Shown: in pieces, positions 1 to 9,029 of the stretch | Layout of the letters: the number at the start of each line of letters is the position of its first letter | How positions within the stretch are numbered: the first letter of the stretch is position 1 | IMG/VR virus record: IMGVR_UViG_3300007513_000004 | Coordinates: 1-64,000 of that record | Strand: one strand, 5' to 3' | DNA length: 64,000 nucleotides | Program-made: the position numbers and the translations under genes | Notes under the pieces: generated by a model | Database searches by the model: none | The model's input: the letters and a program-made list of their open reading frames with translations, nothing else | Told to the model about the DNA's origin: nothing

Positions 1-72
1 CTGACTCTGCAAATACAATCCAGCCGTTACTTGCACGACGGATTATTATATCACCAGACTCAATTGTTGGTT

Positions 73-351
73 TCATTTGATATCCTCGTTAAGTTTAAGT
101 TTCTTAAGGCATAGGTCTAGTGACTCGATCAATACCTTCTCGAACCTTTTGTCGCTCCATCTTTTTAGTCCAAACGATTCCTTAAACCATTCTTTGAACT
201 CGTCTTCGAGTTCGAATACAAGGGTTGCTGTTCCGTCTGGGTTGTCGACTACTTCTGTGATTTCTAGTCTCTGCCAATCTTCCTTTTTAGTCTCGCTCAT
301 TACTTTCGTTTCCTTTTGAATAGCAATACGCCTGTCTTGTGATTTACTCAT
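73..351 (-). CDS. hypothetical protein (start uncertain: 351 or 300)
   Basis: ORF; ATG at 351 overlaps the stop of the upstream gene. Confidence 0.65.
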   Translation of the reverse strand: MSKSQDRRIAIQKETKVMSETKKEDWQRLEITEVVDNPDGTATLVFELEDEFKEWFKESFGLKRWSDKRFEKVLIESLDLCLKKLKLNEDIK

Positions 352-646
352 TTGTGCTCTCAACAAACTCTGTCAAATAATCTCGCAACTCTTTTGCTTG
401 CTCAACTTTCATAACGGTTTCGCCAAACTCTCCGTATCGAGAGCGATAGCCAAAAACATATCGAATACCATACCAGATCCGCTTAAAGATGTTTGGTTCG
501 GTGGATAGATGAGACGAAATGTAGATCTCGCTATCCCAATCATCTTGTGGTTCAAAATGCGTGAGCCTTACTGTGTGGGAGTGATCCGAACACTCGCAAA
601 TAACGTGATGCACATAATGATAAACACCATTTAGTTTAATCTTCAT
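344..646 (-). CDS. hypothetical phage protein
   Basis: ORF with TAATG coupling to upstream gene; CECSDHSH motif. Confidence 0.7.
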   Translation of the reverse strand: MKIKLNGVYHYVHHVICECSDHSHTVRLTHFEPQDDWDSEIYISSHLSTEPNIFKRIWYGIRYVFGYRSRYGEFGETVMKVEQAKELRDYLTEFVESTNE

Positions 647-1236
647 TACTCTTCCCACCTTTTTCTTCTAATCTCATCCCAGTTCTTGTGGCATGTATCG
701 CAAAGAGTTCGAATCCAGCCGCCACTTCTTGCTTCTCCTGACTCTCCACACTCTTCGCAGGTTTTACAGGAGAGTGCTTCGGCCTTGTCTATCAACTCAT
801 AGATCTCATCTGTTCCGATTGTCATGTAAAATCTAAGACTACCAAATTTTTCTTTAACTTGTGCTGCTTTTGGATAGCCTCCTATGTAAGCCTCGCAGAA
901 ACAAGCCCTGTAGCTTCCAGGTGGTTCCTCTTCTGAATATGGATCAACATAAATTGATGAACACTTCCCTGGGCTATTTGTTTTACAGGCATAGTGCCTA
1001 TCTCTATCACATGCACAATTAGAGCAACTTAGGTTTGGATTATCGTCAATAAACTTCTGAATCAAAGGTTCAAGCTTGGATGATAGGTCCCAGATAATGT
1101 CGAACCAACCGTCGCCGGGGAATCCCCAGCACATGAGGGTTTCAGTCTTGTCGCCATATCTATCTCCATAGAGAAGGGGAAATGCTTTAACCAGTTTATT
1201 GTCTAGTTCTTCTTTCATTACTTGCTCCTTATTCAT
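646..1236 (-). CDS. conserved-type phage hypothetical protein with C-terminal Zn-finger
   Basis: GDGWFDII...QVKEKFGSLRFY...CEECG...GGWIRTLCDTC motifs typical of a widespread phage family. Confidence 0.75.
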   Translation of the reverse strand: MNKEQVMKEELDNKLVKAFPLLYGDRYGDKTETLMCWGFPGDGWFDIIWDLSSKLEPLIQKFIDDNPNLSCSNCACDRDRHYACKTNSPGKCSSIYVDPYSEEEPPGSYRACFCEAYIGGYPKAAQVKEKFGSLRFYMTIGTDEIYELIDKAEALSCKTCEECGESGEARSGGWIRTLCDTCHKNWDEIRRKRWEE

Positions 1237-1246
1237 GTTCTAAAAG

Positions 1247-1813
1247 TTATTTTGCTAAATTATTATTTTCAACAACAGCTTTGCAAAATAACTTAACTTC
1301 ATCATCTGAAAAAGAATGTTTGCAATAATTTGCTATAATCGCTATAAACCTTACGTTATCTTTAATATAGCCTTTAGAGCTATCAATCCGATCAAGGGAA
1401 GCGCGGTATATTGAGCTGTTATTCCCAGGCTTAGAAGAATCCTCTGGAAGAGAAATGCTCCAACCAGTAAGCGGGCATATGCCTTGCTGCCTCTTCCATA
1501 TATCTCTTAGAAACTCTAAAGTAAGATCAGTCTCACCTTTATTAACCCTTCTCTTAACGGACCTCATAACATAGCGGAACTGTGAAAACTCATCCTTAAG
1601 CCTTCTTCTTCCCTTAAAGCTTTCGAGTGTTCCGTTCCCAAGATATTTTCCTAAGCTCTTCTTGTTTTTTGTTCCAGCGCACGATAAGGAGCAGTACCAT
1701 AATCTATCGGGATTTTTATTAATCTGTCTTTTATGCTCCTTCAACAGTTTCTCGAAGTTTGCGTCACAAATGCCGCACGTTAACATTATCTTCTTTGCTT
1801 TATTCTTTCTCAC
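1247..1813 (-). CDS. HNH-type (homing-like) endonuclease
   Basis: CPLTG...SLDRIDSSKGYIKDNV...ANYCK motif; N-terminal CxxC/YCSxxC; GGAGG SD before GTG. Confidence 0.8.
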   Translation of the reverse strand: MRKNKAKKIMLTCGICDANFEKLLKEHKRQINKNPDRLWYCSLSCAGTKNKKSLGKYLGNGTLESFKGRRRLKDEFSQFRYVMRSVKRRVNKGETDLTLEFLRDIWKRQQGICPLTGWSISLPEDSSKPGNNSSIYRASLDRIDSSKGYIKDNVRFIAIIANYCKHSFSDDEVKLFCKAVVENNNLAK

Positions 1814-1819
1814 TCTGAA

Positions 1820-1864
1820 CCTCCACTGTCTATTGTGCTAAATTAGTAACAAAAACAGTGGAGG
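1820..1864 (-). promoter_or_regulatory. hairpin sequestering the SD of the HNH gene
   Basis: perfect 10-bp inverted repeat CCTCCACTGT (1820-1829) / ACAGTGGAGG (1855-1864); one arm contains the GGAGG SD. Confidence 0.65.
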
Positions 1865-1877
1865 CGCGGAGAATAGA

Positions 1878-2227
1878 TGGTGGAGGCGGGCGGAATCGAA
1901 CCGCCGTCCAAAGCAACTCATACTTCAAGTCATTCACAAGCTTGTCTAGATTTTATAATCTAGCAAATCCTCCCGCTAAGTTATACCATCATATCCGCAG
2001 GATGATATGAGTCGAGTATTTTTTGTTATCAGTGATACTAGTCCACCTATCTCACGTTGGGTAACAAGGCCCTGAGAAGCCCCGGAACTATGCCGCTAAA
2101 GCGACTGGTTCGTAGTAATAATTGTTATTGGCAATTATAGTTTTTTGCAACAAGTTTTGAGTCATTCGTTACCGTAGACTGCTTGCACTATTCGCACTTA
2201 CTACCCTGTCGATACCATTTCGCCCCC
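1878..2227 (-). ncRNA. ssrA: tmRNA; tag peptide ANNNYYYEPVALAA* (2132-2088)
   Basis: 5' GGGGGCGAAATGGTATCGAC, 3' GGTTCGATTCCGCCCGCCTCCACCA, resume context ATAATT-GCC, tag ending ALAA. Confidence 0.96.
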
Positions 2228-2316
2228 ATATTAAATTTGTTAAAGACCAAGGCAAACTACACCTTATCAGATTATAAACGGTGCTAAAATGATGTTAGAA
2301 ATCTTTTAACACCCTA

Positions 2317-2763
2317 TTAGGCGTGAGATAATTCGTAGATACAATAGTTGTTCTTTCTTTCTTTAACCACAGGGTAATCAAGCGAAACATTCCTCTGATA
2401 ACCCCTGGAGGTTTTGCCCTCTTTCTTTATATCACGCCTAACGGAAAGATAGGCTTTTCCGTTTTTCTTTAAATGTTTTAATATATTTGAGATTAGTTCT
2501 TGCTCATCCTTTTCCTCTACAACATTTAAAACATATGTGCAAAGAATTGTATCATACATATTTCTTTTTAAATCAATTGGATTCCAAAATGGATCATAAG
2601 AATCTATAGACATACTTTTTGATGACAGATACCTTTCGTCTGCACCTTTTCCACATCCATAATCTAAAATCTTTCCATTTATTAAGCCCATCTTCTCCAA
2701 AGATAACAATGGAGAAGATGCACCCTTTCTTGATATAGCCGTGTTATGACTTGCAATGGTCAT
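2317..2763 (-). CDS. class I SAM-dependent methyltransferase
   Basis: ILDYGCGKGAD motif I; YDP; YDTILCTYVLNV. Confidence 0.8.
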   Translation of the reverse strand: MTIASHNTAISRKGASSPLLSLEKMGLINGKILDYGCGKGADERYLSSKSMSIDSYDPFWNPIDLKRNMYDTILCTYVLNVVEEKDEQELISNILKHLKKNGKAYLSVRRDIKKEGKTSRGYQRNVSLDYPVVKERKNNYCIYELSHA

Positions 2764-3104
2764 AGCCTTTCCTTTCTATAAGTCCCTCTGGTAATATGAG
2801 CCTTAATAGCTCGAACCTGTGGAGTCTTTAATCCCAGCTTTTTTGCAATAGCATCTGAATCATCGCCTTCGTCAGTAAGGCGGCTAACATCATTCTTTAA
2901 TTCATCAGTATAAAACATAGGAGTGTAGCTAGTTTTGACGCTTAGCTTTCTTCCCCATTTGGATGTGGCATCCAATTCTGCGCTTCTGGCTTTGGGGTAA
3001 GAGCCCCCTATGTTTTCAACCTCTTGTGTATCCTTACACAGAGAGGCAGACCACAAACCACGTTTGTCCATATAAACATTGATAAACTCCATATTAACCT
3101 CCAT
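2760..3104 (-). CDS. hypothetical protein, possible C-terminal HTH
   Basis: ORF; DAIAKKLGLKTPQVRAI resembles an HTH. Confidence 0.6.
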   Translation of the reverse strand: MEVNMEFINVYMDKRGLWSASLCKDTQEVENIGGSYPKARSAELDATSKWGRKLSVKTSYTPMFYTDELKNDVSRLTDEGDDSDAIAKKLGLKTPQVRAIKAHITRGTYRKERL

Positions 3105-3121
3105 GCAGTTTAAGCTTTTGC

Positions 3122-3460
3122 TTAGTGGTCTAGACCTTCATCAGATGGAAACATATCCATTAGTTGAAGGGGTAGATATTCTTTAGCTTTTCTTCTCTCT
3201 TCGTCCGTTGGCTCAAAGCTTTCGCCTTCACGGGTTAAGTCTTCCAACTCACCAGCCGCTCTTACAAGGGCTTCTTCGGGAGAGAGGTTCTTTTCTGAAA
3301 TTAAATAAGAAATCATTTGACTTAATAAATCAAATTCTAAATCTGATGAACTATTTTTGATTAACAAATCAACTGCTTCATCTAAAATATCAGCTTCTTT
3401 TATAAGCCCTAAATCATCAATATCTTGTGCTATTATTGTTAATTCCTTTGCTATCTGCAT
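3122..3460 (-). CDS. shared-leader family protein
   Basis: N-terminus KELTIIAQDIDDLGLIKEADILDEAV matches the leader consensus. Confidence 0.75.
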   Translation of the reverse strand: MQIAKELTIIAQDIDDLGLIKEADILDEAVDLLIKNSSSDLEFDLLSQMISYLISEKNLSPEEALVRAAGELEDLTREGESFEPTDEERRKAKEYLPLQLMDMFPSDEGLDH

Positions 3461-3472
3461 TGCTGCTCCGGT

Positions 3473-3676
3473 CTAGTCTAATGTTTTAATATTAGCATCT
3501 TCAAGCAGCTGATCTTCTGTGCCTGCTCTTAACCTTAGTTGATCATCTATATTTTTAGAAAATTTTAGTAACTCTTCAGACGAAAAGGTTTCCAAATGTA
3601 AAAACCCTATATCATCTCTCCAAATTAAATATCTATACTTTTTATAGTAGTCATTAGACTTGGGCTTGACTTTCAT
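3473..3676 (-). CDS. hypothetical protein
   Basis: ORF tiling with neighbours. Confidence 0.6.
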   Translation of the reverse strand: MKVKPKSNDYYKKYRYLIWRDDIGFLHLETFSSEELLKFSKNIDDQLRLRAGTEDQLLEDANIKTLD

Positions 3677-3705
3677 ATCTATATAATACCTGAAAAGTAA
3701 TAAAT

Positions 3706-3900
3706 CTATTTGCTATTTTTAATATCACGAAGAGCTATTGCTGTTTCTGCAAAAACCTTTTTAAGCTTTTCTCTATAGCCCTCCTGCACCCATCCGTCAT
3801 TGCGAAAGTTTTTCGCTTCATTCTTCCATTCTTTTATTGAAGAAAGTATAGTTTCTAAATCTGCACGTTTTAAATAATCTTTATGATTCATATCACACAC
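3706..3900 (-). CDS. hypothetical protein
   Basis: ORF overlapping the sigma-factor stop. Confidence 0.6.
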   Translation of the reverse strand: MCDMNHKDYLKRADLETILSSIKEWKNEAKNFRNDGWVQEGYREKLKKVFAETAIALRDIKNSK

Positions 3901-4732
3901 CTCTTATGTCATATTGGCTTGCTAATCTTTTCTTCATTCTATCTAAAGCTTTTATCTCTAACTTTCTAACCCACTCTCTAGATATTTTCATATCTTTAGC
4001 CAAATCTCTTAAGGTCTTTGGACTGTCAGAGAAAAACCTTTCTTGTATGATGATCTTTTCATCTGGAGGTAAAGACTTTATAACTTCACACATTGCATTA
4101 GAAACAAACGTATTCTCATTTGTATTAAAGATATGATCCTCTAACGAATGATCGTCCTCAACAAGATCTACCTTTAGAGTTTCTCCATCATTCTTGACTG
4201 GAGAATCAAGCCTTACATCAAACCCTTTTAGGGTTGTAATCATTTGACTTAAAGAGTCTTTGTTTACCCCGATTATTTTTGCAACTCTGTCTAGCTTTTT
4301 ATCTCCGACCAAACCGAGTTCTTCTGCTTCGTTTATGGCTTTGGATAAGTTAGAGAAGATTGCTCTATCTGCTCTTGTTGTTCCCATTCTAACTACGGAT
4401 CTATAGTCCATTACATATCGTCGCATGTTTGCTTTGATCCACCACATAGCATACGTTAAAAACGTAACATTTTGTGTGGAATCAAACATATCGGCGGCCT
4501 TTAATAAGCCTGCCATTCCCTCCTGTATTAAATCATCATATGATATATAATAATTTTTAGCCTTTATCTTTGACGCCTCTTTAGCTACGGCCTTAATGTT
4601 TGATAAAACTAATTTATCAAGCGCTGTTTTATCGCCAATCTGCTGCCAAGACTTTACAAGCCTTATCTGCTTATCGGACGGTAATACTGGATAGCTTTTT
4701 ACAATATGACTTATTAAATCAAAAGCCTGCAT
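3893..4732 (-). CDS. RNA polymerase sigma70-family factor (RpoH/RpoD-like regions 2-4)
   Basis: DDLIQEGMAGLLKAADMFD, FLTYAMWWIKA (region 2), region 4 HTH TLRDLAKDMKISREWVRKLE; AAGGAG SD before ATG 4732. Confidence 0.92.
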   Translation of the reverse strand: MQAFDLISHIVKSYPVLPSDKQIRLVKSWQQIGDKTALDKLVLSNIKAVAKEASKIKAKNYYISYDDLIQEGMAGLLKAADMFDSTQNVTFLTYAMWWIKANMRRYVMDYRSVVRMGTTRADRAIFSNLSKAINEAEELGLVGDKKLDRVAKIIGVNKDSLSQMITTLKGFDVRLDSPVKNDGETLKVDLVEDDHSLEDHIFNTNENTFVSNAMCEVIKSLPPDEKIIIQERFFSDSPKTLRDLAKDMKISREWVRKLEIKALDRMKKRLASQYDIRGV

Positions 4733-4743
4733 ACACGCTCCTT

Positions 4744-4956
4744 TTACCACTCTTGTTTGTTGTATTTGTTTTTCTCAGATCTATCAAGTCTTCTCTTTCT
4801 GTTTTCAAAAATATTCTCATCATATATGTAGTCCCAACTATCATCATAGTCATCACCAACTTGGGGACTGTCTTGATCAGACTTGTCATCGTCTTTTTCT
4901 GCAACATTATTATTCATTGAATCATCATGATTGGTCAAGCTCTTTTGGCTTTCCAT
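4744..4956 (-). CDS. hypothetical acidic protein
   Basis: ORF tiling. Confidence 0.55.
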   Translation of the reverse strand: MESQKSLTNHDDSMNNNVAEKDDDKSDQDSPQVGDDYDDSWDYIYDENIFENRKRRLDRSEKNKYNKQEW

Positions 4957-4964
4957 AGTCTGTA

Positions 4965-5240
4965 CTATATCCTCTCTCTTGCTAACCTAGATACAGTAAT
5001 GGTAACGGTATTGTCGTCATTAAGTATCTTGGTCATAATTTTAGTTCCATACTTCTTAGTAGAAAACTCTTTAAAATAATTTTTTTTCCAATTATCAATT
5101 TGATAATTATATCCTGTAATACTTGTAACAACTCTGGATGGATCAGATTCAGATCTGTGTTTAGTTCTCTCCGTCCAGTTAACTTTAAATCTATCAATTT
5201 CATACATTTTTGACTCCATCTTAATTAAAAAGAGGGTCAA
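4965..5240 (-). CDS. hypothetical protein
   Basis: ORF tiling; start uncertain. Confidence 0.6.
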   Translation of the reverse strand: MTLFLIKMESKMYEIDRFKVNWTERTKHRSESDPSRVVTSITGYNYQIDNWKKNYFKEFSTKKYGTKIMTKILNDDNTVTITVSRLARERI

Positions 5241-5247
5241 AATATAA

Positions 5248-5460
5248 TCAATATTTAGACCTTCCTCTCTTTCTTTCTGATTTTCTCTGACCCTTTGATG
5301 CTTCTAAAATCTTTGTCCATAAACCATCCCATGTTGTAGATTCTACTGAACCAGAAAAGGTATGGCAAATTGCAACAAAATTATCATCTTTTAAATTTTT
5401 ATAGGATTCCCATTCGAACCCATAGCATTTACGGATAGCTTTGAATTTTAAGTTAGTCAT
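5248..5460 (-). CDS. hypothetical protein
   Basis: ORF tiling. Confidence 0.55.
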   Translation of the reverse strand: MTNLKFKAIRKCYGFEWESYKNLKDDNFVAICHTFSGSVESTTWDGLWTKILEASKGQRKSERKRGRSKY

Positions 5461-5564
5461 ATTTTTAACAACTTGTATATAAGTTTAGTTGCTATACTTC
5501 CATTGTAGAATATAGTCATAAAATTTTGATTGTCAATAGTTTTTTATAATTTCTATTAAATAGA

Positions 5565-5999
5565 TTAAGCTGAAATATTAGTTTTAAACACAGCGTCTAG
5601 CACAGGGTATATGCCACCAAAGTTGACTTTGGGATTAACCTTATGGTGATACATGTGATGCTTTGCCCAATCTGCTTCTGACTCATGGTGCGCCTCCCAA
5701 TGTCTATAAGTATAGACTGGAAAGAATGAACAAAGGCCGACAGCAAAGGGTAGGCTTATCGAGCCTAGAACTATCATAATTCCAGCTATTAAAACCTTTG
5801 ACCAATTTGGAAAAAATAATTTCTCTAAGTCTTCTGGTCTTGCATGATGCATACTGTGAATTTTCTTTATCCTTTTTAATACAGGAAGCTTTCCAAGCTT
5901 TCCATGAAATATAAATCTATGGAAAAAATAGAATAAAAATGCACCAAAACAATGACCAGCAATTAGCAGCGAGAAGATGCCAAGTATGTGAAGAAACAA
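5565..5999 (-). CDS. fatty acid hydroxylase / sterol desaturase superfamily membrane protein
   Basis: His boxes HRFIFHG, HSMHH, HWEAHH, HHMYHH plus NFGG and hydrophobic segments. Confidence 0.85.
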   Translation of the reverse strand: MFLHILGIFSLLIAGHCFGAFLFYFFHRFIFHGKLGKLPVLKRIKKIHSMHHARPEDLEKLFFPNWSKVLIAGIMIVLGSISLPFAVGLCSFFPVYTYRHWEAHHESEADWAKHHMYHHKVNPKVNFGGIYPVLDAVFKTNISA

Positions 6000-6056
6000 G
6001 ATAACCGACCCCTTGTATTTTATATTTTTTAATTACCTGATTATCATTGTTTAATG

Positions 6057-6398
6057 CTATTTCTTTTTAGCTTTTCTTATAATTCGTATGATTTCCCAAT
6101 CAAAAGTAAAACTTTCTGTTTTGCTAAGCTTTTCTTTTCCAGAGTATGGAACACAAGCTTCCTTTAACGCATACAAATCTTTCCTTCGAACAAAGCATCC
6201 TTCAAAGCCTTTTGCTTCTATAATTTCTTTTTTATTATGAGCTGAAAGCGATCCCCACTTTGTTTTGGTATGAATCTTTTTTAAAACTCTTTTTTGAATA
6301 ATTGGTCCTGCAAATGTTTTTACCTCTAAAACATCACCAACATCATATTTAATCGCCTTCTTCCGTCTTTTCGTGGTCTTTTTCGTTGTGGTCTTCAT
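6057..6398 (-). CDS. hypothetical basic protein
   Basis: ORF. Confidence 0.65.
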   Translation of the reverse strand: MKTTTKKTTKRRKKAIKYDVGDVLEVKTFAGPIIQKRVLKKIHTKTKWGSLSAHNKKEIIEAKGFEGCFVRRKDLYALKEACVPYSGKEKLSKTESFTFDWEIIRIIRKAKKK

Positions 6399-6729
6399 TT
6401 TGATAACCTTTTTCTAAGATTCCTTTTGTGATAAGAAAGTCCTTAAGACTTAATAGTACCATTATTTTTTCAGAATTAAGATAAAACCAAGGGTCTTTTA
6501 AGACAACTACCTTTTGCTGTTGATCAAACTTGTTAATGGCTGATACCGAATACTGATGTTTATCTACGCACCACCAACATGGGATTCTGAATGACAACTT
6601 CTTTGGTGTTTCTTTTATAAAGACCCCCAATTCCATACCCCATCCTCTTACAGAGAATATGCAAATGTCTCCTGGAGCTATTTCGTTTCCCAATAAATCA
6701 ATTGGATTATTTCGATTAGAATCATTCAT
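6349..6729 (-). CDS. hypothetical protein
   Basis: ORF; DLLGNEIAPGD motif common in small phage proteins. Confidence 0.65.
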   Translation of the reverse strand: MNDSNRNNPIDLLGNEIAPGDICIFSVRGWGMELGVFIKETPKKLSFRIPCWWCVDKHQYSVSAINKFDQQQKVVVLKDPWFYLNSEKIMVLLSLKDFLITKGILEKGYQNEDHNEKDHEKTEEGD

Positions 6730-6940
6730 CTTCTTCGTTATCGTTAGGGTCCTTGTTTATTTGAAGGCTTAACATTACGGCTGCGTAAGAGAAGAGGGAG
6801 AGAAACATAAGCTCAAAGTCATTAATGATAAATCCAAAAATAAAAATAATTGCATTTACTATTAGCAATGATATTAAAAATACTCTATTTTTGAACAACT
6901 CTGCAAGGTTTTTTAACACAAAGATTTTCCTATCTGCCAA
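6722..6940 (-). CDS. small membrane protein
   Basis: two hydrophobic segments. Confidence 0.65.
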   Translation of the reverse strand: MADRKIFVLKNLAELFKNRVFLISLLIVNAIIFIFGFIINDFELMFLSLFSYAAVMLSLQINKDPNDNEEDE

Positions 6941-6963
6941 AAGGCAAGGACATTTAAAAGACT

Positions 6964-7314
6964 TTAGTCTCCACCATAAATGGTATACAACTCTATTTCA
7001 TCTTCATATGTTTCTATATCTCCACACTCAACAAGGGCTTTGTCTAAAGGCAGGTATTTTTCCCAACGCCATTGACCATCAGAGTCTTGTGAGAAAACCC
7101 CATTGTTGTAGAACCATTCGTTAACTCCTTCTTCGTCAACATCTTTTGCAGCTCTTTGTAACTCTTCCGGACAAAGAAGGTTTGTATGACAATAGGAGGC
7201 AAAGCCTTCTCCGTCTTCTCTGTCATAAACCTCAACTAATTTACACGTTTCTTTTGTGTCATTTGAATCTGTTGAATCAACATGAACTAATATCATTGAA
7301 TATTTCCAGAGCAT
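6964..7314 (-). CDS. hypothetical protein
   Basis: ORF with GGAGG SD. Confidence 0.7.
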   Translation of the reverse strand: MLWKYSMILVHVDSTDSNDTKETCKLVEVYDREDGEGFASYCHTNLLCPEELQRAAKDVDEEGVNEWFYNNGVFSQDSDGQWRWEKYLPLDKALVECGDIETYEDEIELYTIYGGD

Positions 7315-7396
7315 ATTAACCTCCTAAGTATAAAATGTTTGGCTATAAAGTTGTTATTTATAAATAGCAAATACTTTTTGTGCAAACAAAAATATA

Positions 7397-7759
7397 CTAA
7401 AGCAAAAAAGACTCCCATTCTCCATTCCAATTTGTATAATAGACCTTCTTTACGCCATGTTCTCGTAAAAACTTTTGACAAAAGTGGCATGGTTTAGCCA
7501 TAGTGACTTCTCCATCTTTCTTAAATCTAATAACATGAATGGTATCGACAGCGTTTTCTTTACACTTTTTTAATAATGCCATTTCTGCATGAAGATGATA
7601 ACCTATTTGTCCATCTTTATACTTTCGTCTAAAACGTACAGAGCATTCATCAGAGTTGGTTCCATAGATGAACGAACTTCCTTTCTTGGTCCAAGCCGCA
7701 AGATGAAAGGGCTGCTCGTTATTCATCGCTATTTCACGAACAAATGGTGGATAGTACAC
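7397..7759 (-). CDS. Zn-dependent cytidine/dCMP deaminase-fold protein
   Basis: HAE...AKPCHFC motifs. Confidence 0.85.
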   Translation of the reverse strand: MYYPPFVREIAMNNEQPFHLAAWTKKGSSFIYGTNSDECSVRFRRKYKDGQIGYHLHAEMALLKKCKENAVDTIHVIRFKKDGEVTMAKPCHFCQKFLREHGVKKVYYTNWNGEWESFLL

Positions 7760-7798
7760 TTGGCATAAGGCCTCTCCTAATTCATTTGAAAATTATAT

Positions 7799-8062
7799 TT
7801 AACACGGCCAAGTATGATAGATCGTGTAATCTTCTTTTGGAATTACGGCAGAAAATGAAAACAAACTCCATCCGTAACTTCTCCACAGATTAGGACTAGG
7901 CGGGACTATACCTTTCATTTTAATGGTTCGCTTAGAACCAGCTCTATCAAAGGCATTTACCGCATCTTGTCTCTTTTCTGGAAAGCAGCTTTGCTCTGCC
8001 AAAAGGTTGTGCGGAAACTTGCCCGCTCCTGTAACTTCAAAATAATATGTATTACCAGTCAT
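7799..8062 (-). CDS. hypothetical protein (paralogue of 17265-17486)
   Basis: FEVTGAGKFP...LWRSYGW. Confidence 0.7.
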   Translation of the reverse strand: MTGNTYYFEVTGAGKFPHNLLAEQSCFPEKRQDAVNAFDRAGSKRTIKMKGIVPPSPNLWRSYGWSLFSFSAVIPKEDYTIYHTWPC

Positions 8063-8324
8063 ATTCTGGAAACTCCTCATAAATAGGTCCATCGGCATCT
8101 AGCTTTAAATACTTACAATTTAATGATACTGCAAATAAAACAAGAAGCTTAAGTCCTTCGCTATAATTTGAAGAAAAAGCGCTTACCGCTTCTTCGTCCC
8201 CTACGTAAACAATCCATCCACATTCATAATCATTTATTCTCCACGCATCATCTAGTTGCAATAATTCAAGATCATCAAATTCGATGTGAACCGTGGATGC
8301 AACTAGGGTTCTTTCGATCTCCAT
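8052..8324 (-). CDS. hypothetical protein
   Basis: ORF; YLKLDADGP...YDW. Confidence 0.7.
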   Translation of the reverse strand: MEIERTLVASTVHIEFDDLELLQLDDAWRINDYECGWIVYVGDEEAVSAFSSNYSEGLKLLVLFAVSLNCKYLKLDADGPIYEEFPEYDW

Positions 8325-8327
8325 AAC

Positions 8328-8840
8328 TCACCAATCAACAGGATCATTCGCCAAAAATCTATCAATATGAGGCTTTGCCTTTCGTTTTCCTGTTTTATTA
8401 TCAAACTCTTTATTGTAACACTCTATGCACCTGCCGCTATCTACCTTTCTAGCTTTTTGATTACAGACAATACAGGTGAAATAACAATCTTCATCGCTTA
8501 TTACTCCATCAGTTTTTATGTTTGACATTTTAACCTCTAATAAAAATGGCTCTTCTATTTCATGGCCTAATTCGATTAGCTTTATATCGGCAACAAACTT
8601 TGCCTGTTCAAGCGATTCAAAGTTTTTTCCATAGCTTACTTTTGTGCTATACTCAGAATCTTCCAAATAAATCTCATACCCATCATTCGCCTTCTTGTCG
8701 GTGTTTGTAACAATCATTCGTATTGCAGGAAAATTACAAATTGGTATACGAAACTCCCCATCCCTAATTGCGGTTTTGCATCCAAGATCGAACCCAAGTC
8801 GCGAGAATGATGGAGACTCTCGCCAAGCTTTTAGTTTCAT
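8328..8840 (-). CDS. hypothetical protein with C-terminal CxxC pair
   Basis: ORF. Confidence 0.7.
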   Translation of the reverse strand: MKLKAWRESPSFSRLGFDLGCKTAIRDGEFRIPICNFPAIRMIVTNTDKKANDGYEIYLEDSEYSTKVSYGKNFESLEQAKFVADIKLIELGHEIEEPFLLEVKMSNIKTDGVISDEDCYFTCIVCNQKARKVDSGRCIECYNKEFDNKTGKRKAKPHIDRFLANDPVDW

Positions 8841-8841
8841 A

Positions 8842-9027
8842 TTATGGCTCTATAATCGAACTTTCTTCTGCTTCTTCGTCCTCTACAAAACTAATTATTC
8901 CGGCCGCAGCAAGAGCTTCGATAACTTGAGATAGCATCAACTCAAAAAACTCCATTCGTTGCTGCAACTCTCCTACGTCTTGTGCTAATGACTTTAATAC
9001 AATATCTGTATGATTTGGTATCGACAT
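8842..9027 (-). CDS. small coiled-coil hypothetical protein
   Basis: ORF with AGGAG SD. Confidence 0.65.
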   Translation of the reverse strand: MSIPNHTDIVLKSLAQDVGELQQRMEFFELMLSQVIEALAAAGIISFVEDEEAEESSIIEP

Positions 9028-9029
9028 TT

